A DNA stretch of 64,000 bases. Source: Camelus dromedarius (lineage: Eukaryota). The notes below the pieces were generated by a model that was not told where the DNA came from, ran no database searches, and saw only the letters and a list, made by a program, of their open reading frames with translations. This document shows positions 11,046 to 24,007 of this stretch, piece after piece (position 1 is the first letter of the stretch; every line of letters starts with the position of its first letter). The position numbers and the translations under genes were made by a program. Where the stretch lies: the NCBI RefSeq assembly GCF_036321535.1, contig NC_087436.1:56484001-56548000 (forward strand), written 5' to 3'.

Positions 11046-14000
11046 TACTCTCTACTTTCAGTAAATACAATTTCAGAAAAGCCTAGGACCAAGCAAAGTT
11101 TAATACATATTTTCAACTTGTACGGGCATAAACACAGCCACTCACTTGTTTACTGAATAAATGAATAAACTAATCAACAAATGAAAGATTAGGAATGAGA
11201 AATACTTGTTCATACATTGTTTCAGTTTTTACACTAAGTTATTTTGAATTCTTATGCAGTTTCAATAGAATTTTTAGTAAAGAAAATAAACTTTAAAAAA
11301 ATGTAATGACAGAAAATGGGCTAATCCTCTGTTCAGCATTATGATAAATACCCATAACAGGACTTTCAGTTTGGTAATAATAAAGTATTCTATCAGATCA
11401 ATGTTAGGAAACAGGAATTGTAATCCAGTTATAGTCATGCTTTAATTTAATGCTTCCTTGAAGTTAGAGGTGAAAAGAAGCAAAAAAATCGATTAATGAA
11501 TGATTTACAAATGATGTTGACAAGCTTAATCAGATATAAACACTACAAATATAAACAACACTTTGAGATACTCCTCAGGGGCAAACGGGTACTGGGAAAA
11601 TATTAGTAACCCAAGCATGTCATCATTATTCATACTAGTCACATCATACAGAATGACCTACCTTTAACTCTAAGGTGCTTTGTTCGCAGGTAATAAATAC
11701 TCTGGGTTCCAGCGACCCAGAGGAAGAGCACACGTGAGTCTACTAACCTTCAGCGCTGCCGCTTTCTTGTAAGCTCGCCCATTACTAGTTTGAGAAGTAC
11801 TGACTGCACAATTAATGTCATTTTTTACTTTCAACTAAAACAATGTTGTACATAAATTAAAAAGAAAAATACTAAACAAGAAAACAATAGCAAAGAATCT
11901 GTGTCCTTTTTAACTTATTTGACATTATACCAACTAATGCCAAACTAAACTAAAACATGTTATCACTTAGAAACTGTTCTGAAATTCATACTGTATGTAA
12001 CACATATAAACATAACCAAAAATAAAATTCAATTACCTTTAACAAAATAAAGTAATAATAATAAGTGAAAAGCATCAAGAATATTATCTTTATACTATAG
12101 TTGTTGCTAATTGGACTTATATTAAAACCATACTAATGTCTCTTCATGCTAAATAATAATAGCTGAGTGCCCAACTATACATCAGTGTTCCTACTTGTTT
12201 TCCTCATAAAGGCACACATATTTATATACTAAGGGCAGTCGCATAAAGTATTTGAAACTTAGTATTTATTTGCAATAGAAATTCAAACATTTTCTACTTT
12301 TAAAAAAGCATACAGTTCTTAAAATCATCATCTGTCTATTTCTTAAAGTTAAGGAATTAATCCTCACTAATTCAAGTTTTTCTACTATCACTGCAAAATG
12401 GACATTATAGGGTACATGTGACTATAAGACTCTCCATGATAAGAATTTTTAATTTCTTTCATCTCTGAATAGTTCTAATATCCAGGTGACAGATGATTAT
12501 CCCACATTCGAAACGATGATTTTCTTTCATCATAAACATGTAGCTGGACTCTCAATATTTGTTGCTTTTTTAAGAACTCATTCGAGGATCTTTCCATTCA
12601 TACAGATACCATAATTAGCAATGTGACATTAATTAAATGGAACATTTATTTCTAGGAAAAAAATTACAGTATGTTTTGTTGGACAGCAGAACTGGAATCT
12701 TGAGAAAATACTAAGTGTCCTCCCCAAGGCAGGAGGGGCCTGAAAGTAATCCTGAAGTCACCCCCACCAGAGGAATTTATGCAGCTGAAAAGGAGAGCTG
12801 GGAAGACTGGGGGACTCACTGAAACAAGCTAACACCATGCACTCCTTAGGATGAAAAGGGAGAAATCCCAGCCAGGAAGGGTTCGGCAAAACCCAACTCA
12901 GCGGAGGAGGGAAATACCTGCTACCACATTTAAGCTGAACTCTTTCTTTTACTACTCATTAATCGTAAGACAGTAGCCCATAAAAGTATCACTGAACGAT
13001 TAAATTTAACAGGCGGTAAAAATAGGAATGTACATCAAGTCTGAACCATTCATAAAAGAAAATAAAAACAACACTGGTTTATGTTACTGCTCTACGATGA
13101 GTCTGCTTTCTGCTCTACGAAGAAAGATTTAAATCTGTACAGCTGAGGAATATAATTATTCACTTTAATGCCATGGTTTTCTAAGTAAAACATATTTCAA
13201 AAAAAGGGAGAGGAAATAGGAAGGAAACAATAAAGGAAACCAATTTGAACAAGCAATGAATGAGATATTCATTACTCCTGTTTGGTTCATGTATAAAATG
13301 TGGTTGTTTCCACTGGCTGTCCTGCTTGATGGGGCCTGAAATTTTCTTGAAATGTGGCATCAAAGATAACTAAAGAGTAATACAGAAAGAGTGACTAAAT
13401 TTTTTAAATCTAACTTTTACTTCTGTATTTTGGTGGATCTGAATATTGTCATGTACAACACATTCCTAAGAGCAAGTTAAATCATACTTAGAGATGAACT
13501 TTAGCACTCTTTCTAGTTTTTGTAAGCTTTAATTTCATTAGACTACTTTGGAGTAGGTGAAAACTGCACAGGAGTACCCTTTGAGGGGCGTATGTGTGTG
13601 TGGTTTTTTCCCACCTCCTCTAATTTGCTTCCTTCTGGTATTCAGCCTGCATTGACCAAGATCAGAGCTGAAACTGGGCTGAGGATGGGCGGGTGGCAAA
13701 AGAAGAAAAGGTAAGGATTAAGAACATCTCTATACTTTCCTTTCATGATCCAACAAAGAGATGAAATACTGCTAACATATAGGGCACCAATTTAGTAATC
13801 AATCTGCTTATATTTTTGTTTTATTATGAGGAGAATTTGTACTAAACCATTAAGTCAAAATAACTGTTTTGTATAAACATTTGTGTTCGGAAAAGCATAT
13901 ACGAACTGCCACTCATTCTTGACACTTAAATCACACTAGTAAAGAATATTAAAGAATACTTCAGAAGTACAGGAACCTCAGAACACCCCCAGGGTCAAGG

Positions 14001-14089
14001 AACCCACATTCATGGAGTATAATCTCTCTTACCGCCCAACTCTCAATGGTATGTACAAATCTAACGACTCAGATTTATACGGCACCTCA

Positions 14090-14280
14090 TACTCATAAGA
14101 AGTGTTCTTTCATGTTTTTCTCATTTGATCATCAGGACAAGCCAATGAGAAAGTATCCCTACTTTACAGATGAGGAAACCGAAGTTCAAAGTAGGTAAGG
14201 TAACAGTCCAATGTATCAAAGTTTGAAAGAAATACTGAATTCAGGTCTTTTCACATTATATTCTTGGCCTTTATTACTAT
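14090..14280 (-). mobile_element. MIR SINE
   Basis: ctcatttgatcatcaggacaagccaatgag...actttacagatgaggaaaccgaagttc. Confidence 0.65.
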
Positions 14281-16663
14281 ACTTTTTAATAATACCTGAG
14301 GGGCCGTATCTCAGCAGAAATAATCTTCCTATGGAAAAAAATTATATTTCCTAGGGGACAAACAAGTATTCCAATTTGAGGCATACATACTTTTGTTGAC
14401 AATGGCAAAACACACAAACAGGCGCACACAACCACTACCTGGGTGATGGCAGTGCCACTACGTAGTCATCCAAGGAAAAACTCGTGTTCCCCTTCTGCTC
14501 TCTCTTTCTAGTTAGTTACTAAACACTTAACAGTCTTTCTTTGAAATCTCTCTGTCCCCTCTTTCCTTCCCTCTGTTCCTACCAAAATTCAGGTTTAGCT
14601 TTTATATAATCTTAAGTACCAAAAAGACCACAATCAAGTCTCCTGTCACCACTCTGTCTCCTCCTCCATCAATCTTCCACACGACTACAACACTTGAAAA
14701 ATGTCAACACCTCCTCCTGCTGGCAACAGCGGGTTTGGATTTTCAGCACAGAATATAGGCCACTCCACCATCTCGACCTGGCCCTGTCCTCTTGGTTTCA
14801 CTCCCCCTTTGCCCACAACACAAATACCACATTACACTCTCATGACACACCAAACCATGTGCTCACTGGCAATGCTGTGTGGAGAACAACCAGAATTCTC
14901 TGAGCCCTGATTTCTGTGAAATAACATTTAAGGGGCAGAACTAGATCTAACTGTGGGAACGCAGATTAGAAAATTAAAAGGAGGAAAATGTCCTCAGATG
15001 CTGAGATGCTGGTATTAGAACTCCCTGCTGTACTTGCTTGTCTCATTCAGATGTGACAAACGGCGTGCTTCCTTCTAAAAGCAGATGGGAGAAGCATGTG
15101 CCGGCTCCCCGGCTGCCAGCAGTAAAGCCGTGATAATACTGCTCTTCAGGATAATTTGGGGGGACCTGACTGGCATTTCTGTCCTAAGTACTCACTCTTT
15201 TCCCCTCTGTTTTATCATCTTTGTGATAGAAAATGCAGCAATGAACAACTCCAAAATATTACTGAAAATGTTCATTTCAAATGCGTGGTTCTCTTTCTTC
15301 ATCTAGCTTCCAGGTAGAAGGATGCACAGTGATAGAGATTCGGAAGCAGGATACAAGCTGAAAGTGCACTCCAAAGTAAGATTCTGCTGCTAAAACTGTC
15401 ACAGTCACACCATGGAACTAACAGGGCTCTATGCAGAGACTTAAATATTTATGTGCTAAAAGACTGCTCCATTTTCTTTTGGGCAGAACAATGAAGTTCA
15501 AAGTACACTGATGAAAGTTATCATTGGGTTTACTGGCAATCAATACCAATTAAAAGCTACATTTTAAAAAGCTTATCAGGTGTTACTGGAAAATGCATCC
15601 ATCAGAATTGGTAGCTATTGCGAAGAAGTTTATCAAAAAGGGTAAATAATGTATAAAAAGTCCCAAGTGAGTGATGAAAACCTTGTATAGATGACAAACC
15701 ACATATCAGTTGGAAGCCAGTGCTCAGACTTATTGGCACCAACAATGTTTTCTTAATTTCCTAAGTGGGCATAGCATCACACCCACCTCGTTGGGCTAGA
15801 ATATCCTTATTTATTACTTTATTCTATTAAAAACTACTTCAACTTACTTATATTCCTGACAAATCCATTTTGTAATTTTAATTAGCAGTTCTAATGCTTC
15901 TTGTGGACTATTTTCACATTTGCTTACGCTTTCATTCAACAAAACACTTACTGAGAATCAGTTGTGGATTTAGCAATCCAGGCACAATCCCTGCTCGCAG
16001 GGAGGCGAGCGGCTGGTGAGGGAGCTCACAGTACAGTGCAGCAATGGCCTCAGTGCAAGCCAGCAGAGCACAGGAGGCCTAACTCTTCCTGCAGACTGAG
16101 CTCAGGGAAGGCTTAAAACAGAAGTTAACCAGAAAGAGTACGAAGATTTGAAAGATTTGGGATGATGGGAAGATCCAAAGCATAGCCACAGGGTGAGAGC
16201 CTTAGGTGGCGGGAACTAGCCCAGCCTCAGGATCACTGCCCTAAAGGTTTTGGTGCTGGCGGCTGTCACAGCTCTAGATTCACTTCTTTCCCTGTTGACT
16301 TGTTCACTCATTTCATCTTTGGCTTTATTCTAATTTTAAAAATATGATCTCACGTTTGTTTTGTTTTGTTTTTCTTGAGAGAAAAGATGGTATTAATTAT
16401 TTATATTACTCAAATCACTTTTCTATCAACATTTTTATTCATTTACTCAAAAAATATTTACTGAGCAACTGTTATATGTTAGACTTGGTTTTAGGAGGCT
16501 GGGAATATGATGGTGAATCAGACACATCCTCATGGACTTTACATTCTAGTGGGGGTTGGGCAAACTGACAGATGACTATGATAATATCTCACAGCCCCCA
16601 AAAAGTATGATAATAAAAGTAAAACAGAATAATGTGATAATGTTGGGGGAAAGAAAGCTTTAG

Positions 16664-16795
16664 ACTTAATGGAAGAGAATCTGAATATATATATATACAC
16701 AATTGAATTGCTTTGCTGTACAGCTGAAACTAACATTGTAAATTGACTATACTTCAATGAAAAATAATTTTAAAAATAGACACCAAAAAAAAGAA
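16664..16795 (+). mobile_element. Short 5'-truncated L1 3' tail with 14-bp TSD
   Basis: gctgtacagctgaaactaacattgtaaattgactatacttcaatg plus an A tail; flanked by aaagaaagctttag at 16650-16663 and 16796-16809. Confidence 0.85.
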
Positions 16796-17036
16796 AAAGA
16801 AAGCTTTAGCTAGGAGGATTAAGAAAAGCTTGGCCTAAAGCAGATCCTTAAATGATTAGAAGGAGACAGCCATAGAAAGATCTGCAGGAAGAACACTCCA
16901 GGCAGAAGAAATTGCTACAGAAAGATCCTTGGGTAAGAACAATCTTTGGTGTTCAAGTGACAACACAAAAGGGAGAGGGGGCACACAGAGAAGTCATATA
17001 ATTAGACAGTGACTGAATGATGCAGGTATTTCAGGC

Positions 17037-17212
17037 CAGTGATTCTTCAACTGTGCTGCACATGAGAATCACCTGGACTGCTTTAAAAATCCAGATGCTA
17101 GGCCATATCCCAGACCAATTACATCAGAATCACTGGAGCAGGAGCCATTGATCAGCACTCTCGGAAGCCCTCCATGTGATTCTGATACGCAGCCCAGGTT
17201 GAGAAGCACCAG
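17037..17212. mobile_element. MER5-type hAT MITE
   Basis: cagtgattcttcaac...gaatcacctgg...ccagaccaattacatcagaatcactgg...gtgattctgatacgcagcccaggttgagaagcaccag, with inverted termini. Confidence 0.85.
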
Positions 17213-18929
17213 AGGCCAAGATAAGGATTTAAATTTGAGTCTAATTACACAAACAGCCATTGGAAGATTAAAATTTCACCTGTAATTTCTCTCATACATC
17301 TAAACTGTTTAATTTCTATCTGGATATTTGGTAAAAAGGAGCAATACATTTTAGGAACAAGTTAATTTCTAAAACAAATTCTCCTGAAGAACAACAAAAA
17401 TGAAAGCAATTATTAAAACACTTCCCTCTAAAAATTCAAGTAATTTAGGTGAAAATTAAGTTATTTTGGAAATGACCCATGTAATTATATCCATTCCTGA
17501 TTCACTGCTTTTATGAATTCTCCCTGTAAATTCTAGAATAAAATATATTTGCTTATAATTTGTGAATAACTTTGTGTCTCTTGAGAAGGAAAAAAATACA
17601 CAAAACACTTGACAGTATTTGAATTTTGCTTATATTATTCTTTTTGATAATCTGTAACATTAACATGGGATTCCTCTAGTGTGGGACACACAAGAACTTG
17701 ACCCCACTTGCTGTAAATGGTACATCTTTTTCATGGTGGGTAATTCTGATAGGAGTTCACCCACTAGCACTACACTGGGAAACAATCTGGGGTTTATTTA
17801 GTAGGACTGCTGTAACCTGAGAATTTTGTCATGGCTTAAAATATTTAGATAAATTTATCAGGTACAGATGGCATTTCTATTGCTCAAATAAACACTAGAA
17901 TACCTTCTCTTGGACTGCACTTAATAAAGAAGAATAAAGTCTCCTAATGGTAGTAAAATGTCTCATTATCCAACTCTTAATGCCAACTTAAGTTCATATT
18001 TTTAACAGCTAATAATCATGCATAAGCTAAGGTATCTAAATTAAAGTATGGAAAAGCAAAAGCAATCAAGTCCTGGTCACACTTCAGGCAAGCAAACCAA
18101 TCTGCTAAAAACTGACTTAACTATCATATGCGATAGCCCTAGAAGTTTGCTGAGATAGCATCTCCTCCAGCTTCTATTAGCATATTACAATACACTAACT
18201 ACCTGAAGGAATGTCATTTAAAAATTCGAACACTCCATAGAAGATAAGCTTAAGATATTCCTTTATTTGCCGAGTCAAAACAGTATTTTATCAAAATTGC
18301 ACATATAAATACTGTACTACCACCAACCTTCCTTTAAAGGAATTTCAAGGCAGTAGACACACTTTCTGCACAGTCCATTTGTCATGGAATTCATAGCATG
18401 TGAGTGAAAAGGAACGACAAATTCTACTCGAACCTTTCTTCTTAAAGCTCCATCTGATAAAGCCAGCTGAGCTAATCCATGTCAAAATGAGTCTCTGCAT
18501 TCTTTCTGTACCTTTATGAAAGCCCACAGCATTCCCAACTTGTAGGAGGTACCTGTCTTCTCTTTTCTAGTAGACAAGACCTTAACTAAAATCAGGAGCT
18601 ATGTTTTATGCATTTTTGCATATTCACAGCACCTTTCTTTGTGGTGTCATTCAAACACCCGACTAATGAATGGATAATGAAGACTTACCAGCCTCCCACT
18701 GCTGAAGATAGGACACATTAAGGCAGCACAGTGCTGGTACGCACTTCTGCAAGTGGACATTACCACTGCCGAGCCCTGACTACCACTCTCTCCTCCTTGG
18801 TAAATTTTCAAAAGTGAGAAATACCTGAAAATGTGAGACAAGAGCTTGTCCCAAACAAGGAGGGAGGGCCAAAAGAAAGATTTGATGACTAAAGACTGCA
18901 GACTCAAATGAAAAATAAAGTGCGCCATA

Positions 18930-19600
18930 AATCCATTCAATCACTCATTTCTTCAGTAAACAATCTGAATACCTAATATATGCCAGGCATCTATAACACA
19001 CAAAACTAAAAGACACAACTCCTGCCTCCAAGTAGCACACAGGCAAGAGCTAGAACGCATAGTAATAAAAGCAATGCAAGAGTTACGCTTAAGTGAAAAA
19101 ATATAAATATCTAGTTCACTGAGGAGGAAAGGTGGTCACAGAATTGCATCTTAACAGGGTGAGAAGGAATTAGTCTAGAAGAAAAGGCAGAGAGGGATCC
19201 ATTCCAGAAAGAGGCAAAGGCAGAGCTCTGAGAGATAGTACAGTGTGTCAGGAGCGACAAGCAGGTCTCTGTGGATGGAGCAGAGCAGGCAGAGGCAGGA
19301 GGTAAGGTAAGGGAGGGAGGAGGGAGCTGATCATGGAGGTCCTGTGTCTTTCATGAAAAGGTACTCTAACTTCTATCCTCCTAGCAATGAGAAGCCACTG
19401 AGCAGTTTTAAGAAGCAATTGTCTTTTTTTTTTTTTAACTAACTGTACTTCAATTAAAATAAATAAATATTTTTCAATGGAAAAAAAAGCAGTGTAGCAT
19501 AAGCTCTGTAAAGCTGTGTGGAGAACGGGTGGGAGGGTAGGTAAGCAAAAAATGCAAGGGCCTGAAAAGACTGTTTTAAAATTACTAACAAATTCTGTTA
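18930..19600 (-). mobile_element. L2 fragment
   Basis: cattcaatcactcatt...atatgccaggcat...cctgcctccaagtagcacacag...gagaagccactgagcagttttaag. Confidence 0.6.
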
Positions 19601-21265
19601 TGTGACCCTCCACAACATCAAACACATAAACTTAACACAATTACTATTATGATAATCAATGAGTTACTAACCTCCTTAGAAATAAGTAACTTTTAGAATT
19701 TGGGTAGGAAACTAATAAATAGGATATTTAAAATCCTACTTAAAATGAATGACAAGTCCAATGTTCATGGTTAAGTAATAACACTCAATAAACTCAATTG
19801 TTAGTCCCTTTTGCAATACAACTAAGATGCTCAGTGAATTAAACTGAAATGAGCTGAAAATATTTACCCAAATCTGACATTCCAATTATCTACTCACCTC
19901 ATGTTACTTTTATGTTACTTTATGATCCAGTTTTCAACGTTGTCATGTTATTTTGTCATTTGTTGCTTTCATAAGTTTACTATTCACCTGATGATCTAAC
20001 TTTAATTTTAAAAGATGATTCAAACTACAGTTAATAGTTCACTGAATAATGTTGCCCTCAATTTTCTGATGACTGAATTTTCACTGTCAATAGGCCAGGC
20101 TGATTGCTAAGAAGCGGTTCTTCCCTAGGTATAACAACTGCAATAAACTGTGATGATTTATTCCAGTATTTTCAATGCATTTGATATCACCTTTGGTCCA
20201 TTTAAGAAGGCTAAGTGGAACCTGGCCCTCGACAGCCCTGCGAAGACGCAGCACTGTTTCTCACAGGCAGCGGGTTTCTGGCCCTTGGCTTTCACAGGCT
20301 GCTGCTACTCCTAGAGAAGCTGGCCTGATAGCACTGTTGTTGAAAGCAGAGGGAAATCGAAGTAATAAGGCGCAGTGAACAGGGTCCAGGCTATGCAGAC
20401 CAAGCATCTGAAACAGTCAAAGATTTTCCAAAGCATGCGTGGCTCGTTTATGCAGCGACAGAAGACAAACCAAGCTGATGTGGCCAAGAAGAAAGGAGAT
20501 GCCAAGTGGCTGCACGTTCATCGCCTTTAATGAAGTTTTCACTGTTCACCTTCAGAAGTTCAACCATGTGGTTTTTGGTATTTCAAAAGATTAATTTTAA
20601 GAATTACGAGGACAATCTGTCAGTTCTTGTGCAGAGGCATTTTAGGAATAGATGTAATTTCTCTTAATTTTTAGGAAACATTTTTCTTCTTTTCTTATAA
20701 AAACACAAGGTTTCAATAGCTGGCCAGTTAAAGCTATTACTATTCATAGACGCTGCATGTCTGAGAATTCGATGTAACTTAAAACATGTACCACCCACAA
20801 TCCTAATTTTGGCTTAGCCAAGAGAAAAACATCAAATTTAGATCCCCGTTAAATGTTATAACTAGAAATTCACTGAATGTTTAAATAGCAAAATTTGAGG
20901 ATGAAAGCAAGGATGTTAAGTTCAAGGGTGTTTTTTGGTTTGTTTATTTTTTTTTCTTAACATAAAAGGTTCTACCTAAATTTCCATCAATATCTACCTC
21001 TATATTCCATTAAGCTTGGAGTCAACCTGTGAAGACTGGATACAAAGAAGTGTGGTAGATTTTATATTATTTTCCAAAGACGACTACAACAGTATCTCCT
21101 ATCTCAAATGCTCTTCTTACATCCCATTGAGAGGTGGGGTCTAAATTCTTTCTCCTTGAATCTAGATGAGCTTGTGACTACTGTCAAAGTGACACAATGT
21201 GCTTCAAGGCTAGGTGATAAAATATGATTCAGCTCCCAACTGACTCATCAGAACCTAAGTTCTTA

Positions 21266-22722
21266 GATAGATCAATGGAACAGAACAGAGAGCCCAGAAA
21301 TAAACTCACAGACCTACAATCAATTAATCTCCAACAAAGGAGGCAAGACTATACAATGGAGAAAAGGCAGTCTCTTCAGCAAGTGGTGCTGGGAAAATGG
21401 GATAACAGCATGTAAATCAGTGAAGTTAGAACACTCCTTCATACTGTACACAACAATAAACTCAAAATGGCTTAAAGACATTAATATAAGACATGATAAA
21501 CCTCCTAGAAGAAAATATAGGCAAAACATTCTTTGACATAAATCTTAGCAATGTTTTCCATGGCAGTCTACCCAGGGAATACAAATAAAAGGAAAAATTA
21601 ACAAATGGGAAGCTTTTGCACAGCAAAAGAAACTATAAACAAATAAAAATAACAACCTATGGAATGGGAAAAAATATTTGCAAATGATGCAACTTACAAG
21701 GGCTTAATCTCCAGAATAAACTTAAGGAAAAAAACAAACCAATCCAAAAATGGGCAGAAGACCTAAACAAGCCATTCTCCAGTGAAGACATACAAATGGC
21801 CAATAGACACATGGAAAAAGCTCAATATTGCTAATTATCAGAGAAATGCTAATCAAAACTACAGTGAGGTATCACCTCACACCAATCAGAATGGCCATCA
21901 TTCAGAAGTCCACAAACGATAAATGCTGGAGAGGGTTTGAAGAAAGGGAACCCTCCTACACTGTTGGTGGGAATGAACTTTGGTGCAGCTATTACAGAAA
22001 ACAGTATGGAGATTCCTCAAAAAACCAAAAACAGACTTATCAGATGATCCAACAAACCCACTCCTAGGTGTTTATCTGGAGGGAACTCTAATTCAAAAAG
22101 ATACATGAACCCTAATGTTCACAGCATCACTATATACAATAGCCAAGACATGGAAGCAACCTAAATGTCCATCAACAGATGATTGGATAAAAGAAGCTGT
22201 GGTATATTTATAAAATGGAATACTACTCAGCCATAAAAAATAAAATAATGCCATTTGCAGCAACATGGATGGACCTGGAGAATACCATTCTAAGTGAAGC
22301 CAGAAAGAGAAAGAAAAAAACCACATATCACACATATGTGGAATCTTAAAAAAAAAAAAAAAAAAGACACTAAGAACTGATCTACAGAACGGAAATATAT
22401 TTACAGACATAGTAAACAATTTCATGATTACTGGGGAAAGGGAATGGGAAGGGATAAATTTGGAAGTCTGAGATTTGCAAATGTTAGCTACTATATATAG
22501 AAATGGATTTTTAAAACAAGTTTCTTCTGTATAGCACAGGGGACTATATTCAATATCTTGTAATAACCTTTAATGAAAAAGAACATGAAAATGAATATAT
22601 GTATATATATGCATGACTGGGACATTGTGCTGTACATCAGAAATTGACACATTGTAATTGACTGTATTCCGCTAAAAAATAAATAAAACCACTAAACTAT
22701 TAAAAAAGAAAAAAAAAAAAAA
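21266..22722 (+). mobile_element. Lineage-specific 5'-truncated L1 (ORF2 C-terminus, 3'UTR, polyA)
   Basis: ORF2-like translation [35 protein letters not shown], camelid-type 3'UTR, AATAAA and an A tail. Confidence 0.92.
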
Positions 22723-23797
22723 GAATGCATGTTCTTGAAGCCTTTGGCTGCCAGTTTAGCAGCCTGACTATGCAGAGGACACGATGCTAAAAAACAAACT
22801 ACCAATGTGGAGAAATCAGAGAAGCCTTGAGACTCCATGACTAGAGATATGCCTGGACAGCTCCCAGCTGCTTCTGTCTCCTGCTGTTCTGCCTCCAGAC
22901 ACCACTGACTGCACCTACATTAGAGAGCACCCAACTGAGTATCAAACCACCCAACTGAGTTCTGCCCAAAATCCTGACCCACAGAAACTATGAGAGGGAA
23001 TAACATTGTTTTTGTTGTTTCAAGCCACTAAGTTTTACAGTTATTTGTTAAAAAGCAATATATAACCAAAACATACTCATATCAAAAGTGAAGTGGTATA
23101 ATAAAATAAACTCAAAACATATGGTATTGGCCTTTGGACCAGAAAGCAGATGGAAGCCTGAACAAGACTGTTATTGGGAGCCTGATGGGCCTCAATGAGT
23201 TTGACTGTGAGGGCATCAGAGATGTACAGGTTATGTTTTTGGAAGGTGGATAAAAGGAGATTCTTGCTACGCAGTTGAAGAACATTTAGCAATTCGAACA
23301 CCCACAGTGACATAGAAAATAGAAAGTGTACCGAATGAACTCCAAGGATCTAAGCTGAGGAGCTTTCCCAGCAGAATACTAAAAGGACATCTGCCTTCCC
23401 TTTGTTACTTATTATGAAGAGATAGATGAGTTAAAAAAGGAACTGTTGGTTTCCAGCAAAATTTGGAGGAACTATAAAAGACAGAACTTGCTAGGTTTGA
23501 AAAATAGAATGAATCTTCATTCCCTTTGGCTTCAGAGTGCAAAACTGTCTCAAAACAACAGTCTCAAAAACAAGCCTCAGGGGGAAAAGATAAAATGCCA
23601 GGTGTAGTCAGAAAAACCTGGTCTACAAGTAAAGATAAGCATGTGACTATAAACTGGCTGTATTAGCATCTCAGGAATATCAAGGTAGTTGCCTCATAGA
23701 TCCTTTAAAACAGATAAAAGGCCTTCTAAGGATCTTAAGGGCATAAGGAGCCAACTTTCTCTGCTGAACAGTAGGGCTACTAAGAATCTTAAGGGTG

Positions 23798-24007
23798 GAG
23801 GCAGGGCAAGATGGGGGAAGGGGATTAAGAGGTGCAAGCTACTAGGTATAAAACAAGTAAGATATAAGGATGTAATGTATAGTAAATGGAATATAACCAA
23901 TATTTAATAAATTTATATTGAGAATCATCTATAAAAATGTCACATCATTATGTTGTACATCTAATATAACTAATATAACTAAGTCTTTATCCTTCAATTA
24001 AAAAAAA
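23798..24007 (+). mobile_element. Short L1 3' tail with perfect 16-bp TSD inside MLT1-int
   Basis: aagaggtgcaagctactaggtataaaacaagt...tgttgtacatct...ccttcaattaaaaaaaa; TSD aagaatcttaagggtg at 23782-23797 and 24008-24023. Confidence 0.85.

Larger units (their letters stand above)
16430..17275 (-). mobile_element. L2 fragment interrupted by an L1 tail and a MER5
   Basis: attcatttactcaaaaaatatttactgagc (L2 3' end, reverse complement) through gccattggaagatt. Confidence 0.65.

Noticed and set aside
13088..13120. Short direct repeat ctgctctacga; similar small duplications near 19901-19924, 22928-22960 and 39601-39640
   Set aside because: Ordinary replication-slippage micro-duplications.
21224..22425. 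Protein-coding ORFs
   Set aside because: Fragments of a truncated L1.
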